From assembly GCA_951406725.2 (NCBI GenBank), contig OX597833.1, forward strand, positions 66,030,001-66,094,000: 64,000 bases of DNA, read 5' to 3'. Of this stretch, positions 12,785 through 29,215 are shown one piece after another; the stretch's first letter is position 1, and every line of letters starts with the position of its first letter. The translations under genes were made by a program, and so were the position numbers. The DNA comes from Octopus vulgaris (lineage: Eukaryota). The notes under the pieces are model-generated. The model ran no database searches. It was not told the DNA's origin and was given only the letters and a program-made list of their open reading frames with translations.

Positions 12785-13019
12785 CATATATATGTGTGTG
12801 TGTCAGCATATATATATGTATTTCTCGAAAAAAGCTATCACATCGTATCCCTTTGATATGAATGCATCAAAAAGAATTACGTCAGATGAGGCAGAGCGTG
12901 TGAAAAATGGGGGTTTAAAATAGAAGATAGGGGGTGTGTACAAAGGTCATGTTATACATACAGGAATACATACACAGACACACAGATGGGCAGACATAGA
13001 CACACGAATAAATACAAAT

Positions 13020-13060
<41 letters not shown>

Positions 13061-13796
13061 AGGAAAGAGAAGTACGAAACACATATATGAACACATAAAT
13101 ATACATATGTAGGTATGTATGTATGTATGTATGTATGTATGTTTGTATGTATATATGCATTTGTGTATAGATGTTTGTATGTATGTATGTATGTATGTAT
13201 GTATGTATGTATGTATGTGTGTGTATGTATTTATGTATGTATATGTATGTATTTCTGTATGAATGTATTCATTTATGCATGTATGTATATATGTATATAT
13301 GTATGAATGTATTTATGTATGCATATATGTATGTGTGTGTATGTATGTGTATATGTTTGTATGTATCTGTGTATATATTTATGTATGCGAGTATTATATG
13401 TGTGTGAGTGTGTAAGAAATATGTATCTGTATATACCTATATATCTATGTGTATGTATATGCGTGTATATAATATGTACGTATATACATGTATATAATAT
13501 ATATCATATACTTTAATATATAATAAATAAACATATAATTCATGTGTATGTATATATATTTGTATATGTATATATGTATATATATATATATAAGCATATG
13601 TGCATATAAACTTGTTAATGTATGGATAAAGATATTCTTTCAGAATATATGTATGTATAAGAACGTGTTGTGTATATATGTCACAGTGTATATATAGAAT
13701 AACCTTTCCCCCTTCCCTATCTTCTATTTTCAACACTCATATTTTACACGCTCTAGCTCATTTGACGTAATCATATATATATATACACATACATAC

Positions 13797-13869
<73 letters not shown>

Positions 13870-13953
13870 GATATATATGTACCTGTATTGTAAATATACT
13901 ACACACATATATGCATATATACATACATGCGTATATACATATAAAGACAAATC

Positions 13954-13985
<32 letters not shown>

Positions 13986-14398
13986 TGTACATGCATATAC
14001 ATTAGTGAGTGTGTGTGTGTGAGCGCATGCGTCGAAATGTGAACATATCTGCAAATGGAGGAAGCAACAAAGGAGAGGAAGGAAGGAAAGAGGATAAAGC
14101 ATGTGTGACAAGCTGGCTGGCTGGCTGGTTTGTTGGCTGGCCAGGTGGCTGACTGGCTGGCTGGCTGGCCTGGTGGCGGGCGGGCTGGCAGCTGGTTGCC
14201 TGGCTGGCTGGCTGGCTGGCTGGAAAGGTTGGATGCGGTGAAGAGGGAAAAAGGTAATATTAAACTATCATGAAACACGTATCTTTTTAACAGAATCTAC
14301 CGCTTCGCTTCAGATCGGTAAATCAAAGAAGGAAACCATATTTTATTAAATCTCTCCCTCTCTCCCTCACTCTCTCTGTCTCTTTTTCTCACTCACTT

Positions 14399-14430
<32 letters not shown>

Positions 14431-14562
14431 ACTCTCTCTCTCTCTCTCTCCCACTTCTTTCTCTGTAGCTCTACCTCGGTGAAGATACATGCACAAATAT
14501 ACACATGTCTTTATATGTATGTGTATGGGGAATAATATATACAATTACGTAACACATACATA

Positions 14563-14624
<62 letters not shown>

Positions 14625-14946
14625 CACACACACAGACACACGCATCTCTCTGTCTTTTTCCATATGTGTGTGTATGTGTGAGGGTGTTTTCGTTTGGATT
14701 ATGTTAGTCATATATACACACATTCATGCATTCATTTTTGTTATATATATAGGCAAGTGTATATGTATATATGGATGTATATATGCATGTATGTATATAT
14801 ACAAAACATGTGTATATGTTCTTCATTTCACTGATTTTACAGATATGTGTGTGTGTGTATCCAATTATATATATGTGTGTATGTATAACAACTATATTAT
14901 GTGTATAAATTTCATATATATATATATATTTGTATGAATATATATG

Positions 14947-14977
<31 letters not shown>

Positions 14978-15026
14978 GTATATATATATGTATATATATA
15001 TATGTATAAATATATATATATATATG

Positions 15027-15117
<91 letters not shown>

Positions 15118-15430
15118 TACATGCTGATATCTGTACATATATGTGTATGTGTATGTGTATAATCGTATGTGTGTTTATTTATATTCTATGGAGAGACAAA
15201 GAGAGAATACGAGACTGGAGAGGGTGAAACGAGATTACGTGTTTGAGAGCGATGTAAAGAGAGTGGTAAGAGGCTTGACAAAATATTTTTAAAAACTTCT
15301 GCTGTTTGTGTATTAACGTGAAAATATTTCAGTACACAAGTCGTTATGCTAAATTGCCTAACATATATCGTTTATGGTCGACATTTTTTCAATCAAAATA
15401 ACTTTAATATGTAGATAGATAGATAGATAA

Positions 15431-15462
<32 letters not shown>

Positions 15463-15898
15463 GTGCGTGTGGGGGGTATGTATGTATGTGAGTATGTATG
15501 CATGTCTATGCATAAATGTGTTTGAGATATATATAGATACGAAGACTGATAAATAGATATGGATATATCGGTGTAGATATACGTATGAATATATGTATGT
15601 GTATATATATATGTGTGTGTGTGTATGTGTATTTATATGTCAAAATGTATTGACATATATGCGTGTGTGTTTGTGTGCGTGCGTGTATACATATGGAATT
15701 AACGCTACAGATACGCTGCGATACAGAAGTAATATGTGTAAGTGTGTGTGTATGTGTATATATATATATATAATAAACGAGGCAGTATTGATGAAAAAAT
15801 TGGCAGATAAAAGAGAGGTAATAAAAATAAAATTGTTATTTTAAAATCTTGCGGAAAGCTGAAGAGATATTTCCGAAATATTCATATAGACGTGTGTA

Positions 15899-15961
<63 letters not shown>

Positions 15962-16822
15962 GTGTGTGTATAGATACACAGATATATACACATATACACT
16001 AAGCCAACAATTGTTTATGGAAGACATTCCGGATAACTTTGGATAAGAATTGTTTTGAATTAATTAATGATTTAGATTACTTTATATCAACTAATTATGT
16101 AATCATAGAATTAATTATGCTTATTCTTGCTGAAACAGCTGTTGAACTTATTGCCTTTGAATAATCTATGTTTTTTTAGGACTTTTTCTGATCACTTAAT
16201 TTCATATATGAAACCCTTTCCTATGTTATTGGTTGCTGGGGAGCTTCAGTTTTTAGGAATTTCAACCGTATTTCGTGGTCTGCTACCACAATAGCTCCTT
16301 TATAGGATCCAGTTAGCTCAAGACATTATCAGGAGGAACCACGTCCGGTTTCGGCCCTTACTCCTCTACCGTTTTTACGTGGAGCCTCCCCCCCTTTCGG
16401 AGGTGTCTTCAGCTCTGATGTTTGGTGCATGTCTTCTTCTTCTTTCTTCTGTTCCCTGGCCTCTTCGATGTAGCGTCAACGAGTGTCAGCAGGCTTGTCA
16501 AATTTTTTCCCTTTAAATACCTACTGCTAGGCTCCAGCAAGTTGTCACGTGTCAACTTTGACTGACCAATGAAGGTGCGTAGTCTCAGCCCACGCATTCT
16601 CTAAACGACTGTCACCTGTCAATCAGCGAAGCTAATTCAGTGTCAGCTTGTCTCACCTTGTGATGTTATTTTCCTGTCGGCATGTTATGACTTTCAACCT
16701 ATGACTTTGTTTCTTGTAGGAGGACCACAGCAGACAATATTCACGATGAGTACCGACGAAGAGAGAGAAGAGAAGTTGCGTCCCTGGGCTGGAAGATCTT
16801 GAGGGCGTGTATTTAATATACT

Positions 16823-16860
16823 TATTTCTTTATTACCCACAAGGGGCTAAACACAGAGGG
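16823..16860 (-). mobile_element. Tail-only SINE-A insertion
   Basis: Reverse complement of CCCTCTGTGTTTAGCCCCTTGTGGGTAATAAAGAAATA, flanked by 11-bp TSD TTTAATATACT (16812-16822 and 16863-16873). Confidence 0.8.
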
Positions 16861-17218
16861 TGTTTAATATACTGTTTCTACGTAAACCATATCTAAATTG
16901 TTTTTAAACATTTTTAAGACAGCAAAAAGGTGATTTCGAGGGCGGTTTGACGGCTGTTATGTCTAGAATGCCGAACGACCCTCTAGAAGGCTCCTCATTG
17001 CCTCGTTTTCAATCAGTTTATTAGCCAATGTGAAGCGTTAATATATTGTCAAAAAAGAGGCAACGAGAAAATCAATGTAAAGAGCCGAGGGATTCCATTG
17101 TCATTATGTTCAAGGAATGATTAATGTAAAAGGTATTCTAATTTGTATCGCAGGGGTAATAGGAATGGTAATGGCACTTACATACACACATATACACATA
17201 CATACACATATACATATA

Positions 17219-17263
<45 letters not shown>

Positions 17264-17392
17264 GTGTATTGTTTATTACATATAATACACAACATATATA
17301 TATGTATATGTATGTGTGTGTGAGTAGGAAATGCATCAAATCTTTATATACATATATAGTAGCTCATGCATGCATAGCATAATACACAGCAC

Positions 17393-17428
<36 letters not shown>

Positions 17429-17443
17429 TCATGTGTTGTGAAT

Positions 17444-17501
<58 letters not shown>

Positions 17502-17722
17502 ACAGATACACATACATACACAGTAACTCGTGCACACACATACACAAAGTACGCACACACGCACAAACATGCTTACGCACGCGGCGTACACTCTTATATC
17601 TCTGTATGTTTATGTATGTGTATGCGCATGTATATATGTATGTGTGTCTGTGTGGATGTTTGTATGCATCTATATATGTATATATACACACACACACATA
17701 TGTATACAGTTATTGAATTTGC

Positions 17723-17822
<100 letters not shown>

Positions 17823-18381
17823 ACATGTGTATACAAGCATGTATGTACATATATGTTTGTGTGTGTTTGTATGCGTGTATGTGCATGTGTGTGTGTGCGT
17901 GTGTGTAATTTAGGTGCATGTGTAATCGTGAGTATTTCTGCGTGGTTTTTGTGCGAGTTGCTTTGTGTGGAAAGAGGAAGTTCAGTACAACGAACGAAAA
18001 TACCTTCCGGAATTTTAATCATACTTGGTTTTTCTTTTGTCTCCTAGCGAAATCAATACAATGAACACCGAACGAAGCATTAGAGGCAATATGGCCGATT
18101 AAATGGCAACAAACCTGTAAAATATAAAGCTTTATATACATCTATCCATATGTGCGTGCATGCGTGTGAGTGCGTGTGTGAGTGCGTGTGTGCGCACGCT
18201 CTGTGTGTGTAAATTGACTGGATAAGATGTTTATTCTATTCGTCGACAGCCGTTTCGTAATCTGTGTCAGTTACATCATCTGCCACACATGTATGACGAT
18301 ACATATGAATATATACGTATATATTCATATGTCTATTCATTATATACGGATATAATACATGTATATTCACATATATATGTG

Positions 18382-18447
<66 letters not shown>

Positions 18448-18546
18448 TATATATATTATATATATAATACATATATAATATATATATATATTATATCTAT
18501 AGGTGTACATGTGTGCGTGTATGCGTGTGTGTATGTTGTTATTAAC

Positions 18547-18633
<87 letters not shown>

Positions 18634-18821
18634 CATAGCTGACAAAGAAGCAAGGAATTATGCAATAAACTTAATTAGCTTATAGCTGTTTCTGCCCTGA
18701 AAAATGAAGTACACACAGTGCTCAGTGCTTATGCAACACCTTATAGCTTCTTCAGAGCTATAAATGTATTTATAGTGCAATATACATCGTTTAGGGAATA
18801 ATTCAAAATGCAAAGCACATA

Positions 18822-19191
18822 TCTCTCTATATATAAACGGCAGTTTGTCTGTCTGCGTGTCTGTGTGTCTGTTAGGTTGTACCCTCAGCCTGACCACGGC
18901 TTTCAACCGATTCTGATGAAACTTGACACACACATAGCCCAATGTCATAATTCAAAACTAACGCAGCGAAAATTTTGAAAAGTTCCCCCAGTTCTGAAAA
19001 AATCGATAAATTCGACATGGGGTCGAGAATCAGAAACACAAACCACAGACTGTCTAGGGGATGCAACTCGACCTTTTTAACTCTCAAAAAAATTACTATC
19101 ATTTTTTTCCCATTTTTTGGCTATAACTATCTAAAAATGCTTTATAATTATTTCCCTTACAAACCCGAGCAACGCCGAGCGATACTGCTAG
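18822..19191 (+). mobile_element. Non-autonomous Helitron
   Basis: 5' end A|TCTCTCTATATATAA followed by (GTCT)n. 3' end has an imperfect GC-rich hairpin (CCCGAGCAACGCCGAG) then CTAG|T. It is inserted between A and T with no TSD. Confidence 0.85.
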
Positions 19192-20031
19192 TTATTAATA
19201 AACTTAACAAACGAGAATACAGTTTAGCCGCGCTGTAGAAAATCAAATAAAATATCGACACCAGATTTTACAAAGTTTATGGGTCACTGGGCCAAGTAAG
19301 AGTGTCTCTGGTAGTTTCTGGTTTTTGCTAGATCCATCGCGCAAGTCTGAGGAGACAAGGAAATTGTTAGGCTGATTTCTGTTCCTGTTTTCGGAAATAT
19401 AAACAAACCGGTGCAATCGTTTGTATAATTTTCACAAGAAGGCTGTGTTGTGTGTTTATTGGAATGATATACCGTAAACGTGAATTTTTATCCGTGTGTA
19501 TGTGTGGATATATATAGGTGAATATATATGTATCTATATGTGTGCGTGTGTGTATGTACATATATATCCATACATGCACTCACACACACATACACACATA
19601 CAAACATACACACACATATATATAAATGCATGCACATATAAATATATATATACACATACATATATATAAATATATATATGCGCACACGTAGATATATAAA
19701 TATATGTGTTTGTGTGTGTCTGTGTGCATGTATGTATATTATGTATATATGTATGTATATGTATGTATACATATGTGTATATATATTATATACACACATA
19801 CATGCACATGTGAGTATACAGACATACATATATACATACTCACACGCGCACGAACATACATATATACACATATATACATGCGTGCGTGCGTGCGTGCGTG
19901 TGTGGTGGTGGGGGGTGTAGCTCTGCAAAAGTTCATGAGAGAGAGAGAGAGAGAATGAACGAGTGAGAGAGAAAGGAGAAAAGCAAAAAGAAAGAAAGAA
20001 ACAAAGAAAGAATCGAAGAAAGAAAGAAGGA

Positions 20032-20103
<72 letters not shown>

Positions 20104-20915
20104 AGGAAAGGAAGGGAGGGAGAGAACTACACAAAAGTGCGCCATTATATAAATAATGATCAAACTTTGTTAGAGAAACAACGACAACAACAACAACCAC
20201 AACAACCACAACAACCACAACAACCACAACAACAATATCAACGGCAATAACAACGGCATAATAACATAAATTTTCAATATAACTAATTGGACGTTCTTCC
20301 ATTAGTTCGTACGATTTCTGGCTCTGTTTCCTTGTTTAATTACATATATAATTACCAAGTTAATTTACAGTGAGGCGATCAAGAATCGTTATTAATCATT
20401 GTTGTTCGTAGTATTGTTGTTGTTGTTGTTGTTCTTCTTCTTCTTCTTCTTCTTCTTCTTCTTCTTCTTCTTCTTCTTCTTCTTCTTCTTCTTCTTCTTC
20501 TTCTTCTTCTTCTTGTTTTACGTTCGACGAATAATGTGCTTTAATTTCCTATATAAATGCCAATGCATTAGATTTTAATCAAACACTTTGATACATTGTT
20601 GTTGTTGTTGTTGTTGTTGTTACTATTTGTTATTATGGTTGTTATTGCGGTTCCTGTTGGTGGGGTGTGGTGGTGTTGTCGTTATTCTTTCCGCCTACAG
20701 ACAGATAATGTTCAAAGGTGTGTACATTTACATGTATAAGCATATAAGTCTAGGCATGCAGAAATACACACACAAACGTATTTATGCATGTGTATATGTG
20801 TATGCATGTGTGTATGTATATATATTCATAATATGTATATAATATATATATATATATGTTCATATATATGTGTATATATATATATATAAATATATATATA
20901 TATTTATACACATAC

Positions 20916-20960
<45 letters not shown>

Positions 20961-21081
20961 TGCGGAGCTCTTCGTCAGAAACATAGGAAAAGGAGAGATC
21001 CAAAGAAGGGAAGACGGAGGAAAAAATCGCCAACGGTACACACACGGTCACATTTTGAATGACCGGAAGGGAATGGGTGAA

Positions 21082-21130
<49 letters not shown>

Positions 21131-21233
21131 TTCAGCAAAAATTTAGATTCAGATGAATATGGTACTTAAGTTGAGGTACCAGAATTCGGTACGGCATTAT
21201 CCATACAATTTCAAAATAAGGTGAGTAGAATGA

Positions 21234-21335
21234 AATAAGCAACAAGGATATCTAGAGCTAATGCAGTACGATCGTTTATTGGAGTTGCGTGAAACGATCG
21301 TACTGTATTACCTCTGGATATCCTTGTTGCTTATT
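21234..21335. repeat. Hairpin with 44-bp arms and 14-nt loop
   Basis: AATAAGCAACAAGGATATC...GTACGATCGTTT versus AAACGATCGTAC...GATATCCTTGTTGCTTATT. Confidence 0.92.
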
Positions 21336-21345
21336 AGATAAATAT

Positions 21346-21643
21346 ATATTGTTATATTTCGGAATGGCCAGTTTAGCCAATAAAAACACACGCACTATAT
21401 ATTTGGTGTTATTTTGCTTCAGTGTTATTTATTTTTTACATTAATCTTAATCTTATTTCGGCCAGAGTTCTTTCGTCACATTTCTGTGACCGCATCAGTG
21501 GTCCTTTGTTTTTTCTTAATGTAAAATAAATGAAGATTAATGTAAAAAATAAATAACACTGAAGCAAAATAACACCAAATATATAGTGCGTGTGTTTTTA
21601 TTGGCTAAACTGGCAAAATGACCATTCCGAAATATAACAATAT
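21346..21643. repeat. Inverted repeat, arms of about 100-110 bp
   Basis: 21346-21448 versus 21533-21643, near-identical apart from one short indel. Confidence 0.92.
21462..21501 (-). ncRNA. Hammerhead-like motif in the loop of an inverted repeat
   Basis: Reverse complement CCA-CTGATGC-G-GTCAC-AGAAAT-GTGAC-GAA-AG-AA-CT-C-TGG, with A9C in the core. Confidence 0.55.
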
Positions 21644-21697
21644 CTGTTTCAACACACGACTTCACATAAAAAATCTTGCACAACAAATATATAAACG

Positions 21698-21772
<75 letters not shown>

Positions 21773-22421
21773 GTAAATGTCGAACAATGAGAATGCGTGC
21801 TCAACACGCCATTGGTGGATGAAGATTTTTATTTGTGTATTAACGCTGCAATTGATTTCATGTTAAAAAAATATCTTAGGAATTTAAGAATTTTTCGTAT
21901 CGATCACATGGCAGAATTGTGTTCGTCCATGTTCCAAAATAGAGACGAACACCATTCCTCCAAGTGATCGGTTTCAAAAATTGTTACGATATTAAGATAT
22001 ATTTATTTAACTCACAATACATGTATAAATATATTCTGAAGCATTGAAAAATTCCGCCTATTCCTGATTGATTTAACAACTTTCCAACCTTAACATTTAA
22101 GGTCTAAGGAAGATAGTTCTTTTACCTTTTTACATTTTAGTTTCTAGTTTTCGTTTTCCATTTTTTGTTTTCCGTTGTTTACTGTCTGCATTTTCTATAT
22201 GCTGTTTTTTTTTTCTCGTTTCTTCTAATATTCAATTTTCTAATTCGTTATGATTTGTGGTTTGCGCTTGAAGAATATGTTTGAGTTCTTTCAACATATG
22301 AAACTATTAGTAGCGCTTTAATACATGTATTGTGACCTTTAAATAAATAATATTTATCTCTCACCAAATGGAGTATCTATTTTTTGTTGAATTTTCTATC
22401 ACGGATCAGCACATTATACCC

Positions 22422-22454
<33 letters not shown>

Positions 22455-22458
22455 TGTC

Positions 22459-22496
<38 letters not shown>

Positions 22497-22500
22497 TGTC

Positions 22501-22532
<32 letters not shown>

Positions 22533-22538
22533 TCTGTC

Positions 22539-22569
<31 letters not shown>

Positions 22570-22629
22570 CTGTCTGTCTGTGAGTGTGTGTGTGTGTGTG
22601 TGTGTGTCTGTGCGTGTACACTTAATTAA

Positions 22630-22822
22630 TATTGGTTTCAAATTTTGTCACGAGGGCAGTAATTTTGGGGCGGAGGATAAGTCTATTACATCGACCCTAG
22701 TGCTTGACTGGTACTTATTTCATCGATCCCCAAAGAATGAAAAACCTTGGTGGAGCACAAAAACGGACTAAATGCCGCCGAGCATTTTGACCGGCGCTCT
22801 AACGACTCTGCCAGCTCGCCAT
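22630..22822 (-). mobile_element. SINE-A (tail type 2), internally deleted
   Basis: Head CTGCCAGCTCGCC and core TACATCGACCC..GTGC...ACTGGTACTTA. Confidence 0.75.
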
Positions 22823-23138
22823 CTTACATACTAAATTAATATTGAATGATTGAAAGTCTGGCGTGAAATACGTCTGATTGATTCTGTTGTTTACTTGTTT
22901 AATTTGTTTTAATTTGTTTTAATTTATTTTATTTCATTATTGCAATTAACACATTCATTAATGGTAATTAATGTATTTGTTTAGAGTGTCAAAGTGCTAC
23001 GTGTTCGAAGTTTATATAGACATACACAAATACATATACGCACACATTATGCACATACATATCTACACATATATATTGTGCGTAGATATGTGTGTGTATA
23101 CCTCGATACATGTATATATATGCATGTGTGTGCGTAGG

Positions 23139-23283
<145 letters not shown>

Positions 23284-23294
23284 TATATATATAC

Positions 23295-24200
<906 letters not shown>

Positions 24201-24920
24201 CTTATTTCTTTAAGGGAGATAATTTTCTTCTCAGTAGTCAGTTTTTTTTTTTTACAGTTCGTTAGTGAAATAAGTTTAATTTTAATCGAATGAAGTATGT
24301 ATATGGTACCATATAATTTCTCTACATCTATTTAATTATTTATTTTCTTTGTAACTGTAAAGTGTTAATGCTAGTATAGAAAATATAATCTTTTCGGTAT
24401 GAAGGAACAAAGGGTTTGTTAATTACATGAAATCTTCTAAACAACAGACGGCGAAAATATTTGAAAGGAAGAGTGATGGAAAAGATAAATGGAGAGAACA
24501 TTTTCGTAAAACAATGTTGTTTTCGTTCACACTTTATTGTTCATCACTTGTATAGAAAAACGATAAATATCTTGGATTTTGAATTTACGCAGCTGTTCGA
24601 ACAGTTTCCATTCATTTTTTTTCAATGCAAAACTAACATTTACAGCGCAGATGTAAAAAAATATCTACAGTAATCTCGTAGGCTGTCTCTCAGTTTTTAT
24701 TAGAAATTTAGTTGCAGGCGTTTTAAGCAGAGCGGCTAAGCACGTGATCTTTATAAATGTCCGACTGAACAGCTCTTTGCTATGTGCTCATGAATGCTTG
24801 AAGAGGGAAAAGTAAGAACACCTGTTTGATCTGAACGTTATTGCGTCTGCTATAGGTTGAGCGAGCCACCTAAAAATCCTTGACCACCTAAAAAAGTGGC
24901 CCTACGATAAATTGGTTATA

Positions 24921-25117
24921 CAGCAATCCCACGACTATCGCGGGTGTTACGTTCCAAACCCTACCGCGAGAGATGAAGATCCGCGAAGTAAAAACAGTAC
25001 TGTATATTTTTTTTTTTATAATTTGTATATATTTATTTTATTATAGACGCAAAACAACACCACAAAGGAATCGACGTAAGCTTAAATAATAAACCGCGAT
25101 AAGGTGAGAGATTATTG
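24921..25117. mobile_element. Tigger/pogo-like MITE
   Basis: TA|CAGCAATCCCACGACTATCGCGG ... CCGCGATAAGGTGAGAGATTATTG|TA, an imperfect TIR with TA TSD. Confidence 0.7.
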
Positions 25118-25216
25118 TACTTCTTAAATACGCAGAGTATTTTAACATTTTTTTTACAGTTCCTAATGATATTTAATTACAAAAATATAATTGGATCTTT
25201 TAATATATGTTGAATA

Positions 25217-25445
25217 AGGTGACGAGCTGGCAGAAGCGTTAGCACGCCGGGTGAAATGCCTTGTGGTATTTCGCCCGCCGCTACGTTCTGCGTTCAAATT
25301 CCGCCGAGGTCGAATTTGCCTTTCATCCTTTCGGGGTCGATTAAATAAGTACCAGTTACGCACTGGGGTCGATGTAATTGACTTAATCCCTTTTATCTGT
25401 CCTTGTTTGTCCCCTCTATGTTTAGCCCCTTGCGAGCAATAAATA
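25217..25445 (+). mobile_element. SINE-A monomer (tail type 1)
   Basis: Near-identical to 62716-62946. Confidence 0.88.
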
Positions 25446-25618
25446 ATTTTATATATGTTGAATGGCTATGGAGAACCAATAGAATAAAATGGGAACCAAA
25501 GAACTCCATGGGTAAAAAATGGTTAAGACACACTGACTGGAGTGGATTAAACCTCAAGACTTCTGAGGCAAACTTTATTAGGAATCAAATACCAGAAGAG
25601 ATTTAGATATATTTAGTA

Positions 25619-26130
25619 CCGTAAATCCTCGAGTATAATCCGCTTTTTTTCCCCAAAATTTAAAGGGCAAAATACCTTGTGCGTACTATATACGCGGTTA
25701 AAAATGAAAAATATTTTCTAAGCAATGTCCGAGTCTCTATTTACTGTCCAGCAATGTTTATTCAGACGCATTTTGTGATGTCGGGCACGAAAACACATTA
25801 AGCTAAGCCTGAAAGCAATGAAGTCATAAAAGAATCATCCATAACTTGCAGTAAGCAACAGTTATTAAACGTTATTACTGTTATTTCTTTATTTTCTGCT
25901 AACAAAATGTACAAAAAAGCTACAAGTTTGCATTATGTTATATATGCAATAACAATAAAGAACATTACAGTATACATTTTTACAAACAAAGGACGTTATA
26001 TAGACCTCCTTGACTCAAGTTAGAGAAGGGGTGCGTATTATACACAAGGTTTAGGTTTTTCAGAGGTACAGCCCCCTAAAAATCCACTGCGTATTATACT
26101 CAAGGGCGGATTATACTCAAGGATTTACGG
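25619..26130. mobile_element. Tc2/pogo-like MITE
   Basis: TA|CCGTAAATCCTCGAGTATAATCCGC ... GCGGATTATACTCAAGGATTTACGG|TA, a 25-bp TIR with 1 mismatch. Internal GCGTA(T/C)TATA repeats. Confidence 0.88.
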
Positions 26131-26521
26131 TATTACCAATTAGTAAAAACATGTTTGTACACAATTCCGACACCTACTCTGATGATGATAACATGAATCA
26201 GTTCATTTAATGGCGTCATGTGATTCGAAAACTGTCGCAGAATATGAAATAAGACCTACACTAGCGACAAAGCTTCAGACCGACTGTATTTTATTTTAAT
26301 TTAATTTATCGATTATTTATAACAGAATATTATATAATTATATTTATTGTATTTTATTGATTATTTATCCGTTTCTGTGTTCACAAATTCATAGGTTTGC
26401 TTCTTAATGTTTTCCTAGCCGTGTATTCCTACCTTAATACCTGCAAGATATATATATATGCAGGTGGATGCATGTGATGTATGTGTAAGTGTGTATATGT
26501 ATGTATATATGTATGTGTGTA

Positions 26522-26579
<58 letters not shown>

Positions 26580-26967
26580 TGTTTTTCTGTCAAGTTTTAT
26601 ATAAAAGCAATTTAATATTAAACCGCGGGATTACTCATTACTTTATATTTTTTTTCCTAGAATACATATTTACTTTTTCATATAAAAGATTTATAGTAAC
26701 TTCGAAGCTTCGCCTTACCACTGCACTGCGTGATGACGGCGGGAAATGCCAAAATTTCAAAGACGTAAATCCTTGTATGTGTGTGTATGTATGTATGTAT
26801 GTATGTATGTATGTATGTATGTATGTATGTATGTATGTATGCATGCATGTATGTATGTATGTATGTATGTATGTATGTATGTATGCATGTATGCATGTAT
26901 GTATTTATGTATGTATGTGTGTGTATACGTATTCACATGCATATATAAATACGTGCATATACATATA

Positions 26968-27066
<99 letters not shown>

Positions 27067-27403
27067 GTATATACGTTCTATAATTTTTCATATCAAAAAG
27101 CACGAGTTAAATATTGAATGAATGGGAAACTAATTCTTTAATATAAACTGCAACTGGAGGGGAATAAAAACATTCTGAATGTGAAAATATGAATAATTAA
27201 CGTTGTGTGTAGACATTTGGAGAATGATTAATTGAAAAAAAAAATATGGCGGCTAGACAACGAATAAAATATCATACATAACAAATGTAATAGGCACATG
27301 AATGTAAATGAGTGGAATGTAAACGAGAGGTATGTGTGTTTGTGTGAGTATAAAAATATACAGATGCATAAGTAAAATGTAGGAGTATGACTATAAATAT
27401 ACA

Positions 27404-27464
<61 letters not shown>

Positions 27465-27546
27465 CAATATGAACAACTTTATATTTATATTTATTATAGA
27501 AACGTAGCGTACATACATATATATATGTGTATGTATATGTTTGTGT

Positions 27547-27608
<62 letters not shown>

Positions 27609-28019
27609 TTTTATATTTACATATGTACCGACATTTATGTAAACATGAATGATAATACTGTCTACGTGTGGATACATGTCTGTTTGTACAATATATATGT
27701 ATGTATATATATATATGTATGTATATATGTATGTATGCATGTAAGTATGTATGATGTATGTATATGTATGTATATATGCTGTTAAGCATGCCTATACGTG
27801 TAACTTATTTATTGAAAGATAGAATGCATATACGTATTAATCAATGGGTATATGTGTGTACACATGTACACATATGCAGGCGTACACGCAAACATATATG
27901 CATATATATATATATAAACATATAAGCGTATTCATATACATATATTCGTATATACATATAAACACTTACACACACACACACATATATATATAGGTATGTA
28001 CATATAGACATACATATGC

Positions 28020-28058
<39 letters not shown>

Positions 28059-28064
28059 TTTATA

Positions 28065-28102
<38 letters not shown>

Positions 28103-28748
28103 GTATGTATTTATATATGTATATACTATATATATGCATATATACATATGTAATACACACAAATATTCCATGATTTGATTTGATTTGAAAATATGAGGTT
28201 TAGTCTTACAATAAAACTACAACAGCACCAACAACAACAACAAACAAACAAACAAACAAACGAAGAGCGGCAATTTCCAATCAACAAATATACAAAAATA
28301 AAATTATTTGAAATTATGAGTTTTATACATACGACTGAAACAACAACAACAACAACACAAACAACAACAGCAACAATAACAAACACACAAACAACGAATA
28401 TACACAAATAAAAAACATAAACCAAACCGTCCATAAACGCTTCTAAATCATGAAATCCAACCCAAACAAAACATGATCAATCGATTTGAATTAATATTGA
28501 ATGATCGAACGTCTGGCGTCAGACATGTCTGATTGATTCGTTTGTTTATTTATTGATTTTGTTTTTTTTTTGTTGTTTAATTTTATTTTTATTTTTATTC
28601 TTATTTCATTACATTTTATTTTGTTATTGCAATTAATACATTCATTAGTGGTAATTAAAGTATTTGTTTAGTGTCGAAGTGTGACGTATTTAAAGTTTAT
28701 ATAAGTATAAACATATTTGAGTGTGTGTGTGTGTATGCTTATATGTGC

Positions 28749-28813
<65 letters not shown>

Positions 28814-28888
28814 TATATACACGTACATATTATGTAGACCATATAAATATATATATATATATGTATATATCTATACATATATATATAA

Positions 28889-28952
<64 letters not shown>

Positions 28953-29109
28953 CACGCACATACATGTTATGAACATATATATGTATACATACTATATGCA
29001 AATATACGTATTCAGACGCATATAGTGTATATAGATAGACTGATTGACAGAGGGATAGCGAGAGAGAGGAGAGAGAGAGATATGCATATATTTATATATA
29101 ATATATGTA

Positions 29110-29215
<106 letters not shown>

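Noticed and set aside
27313-27335. miR-1-like sequence TGGAATGTAAA
   Set aside because: The match is limited to the 5' part and no complementary arm for a precursor hairpin is visible.
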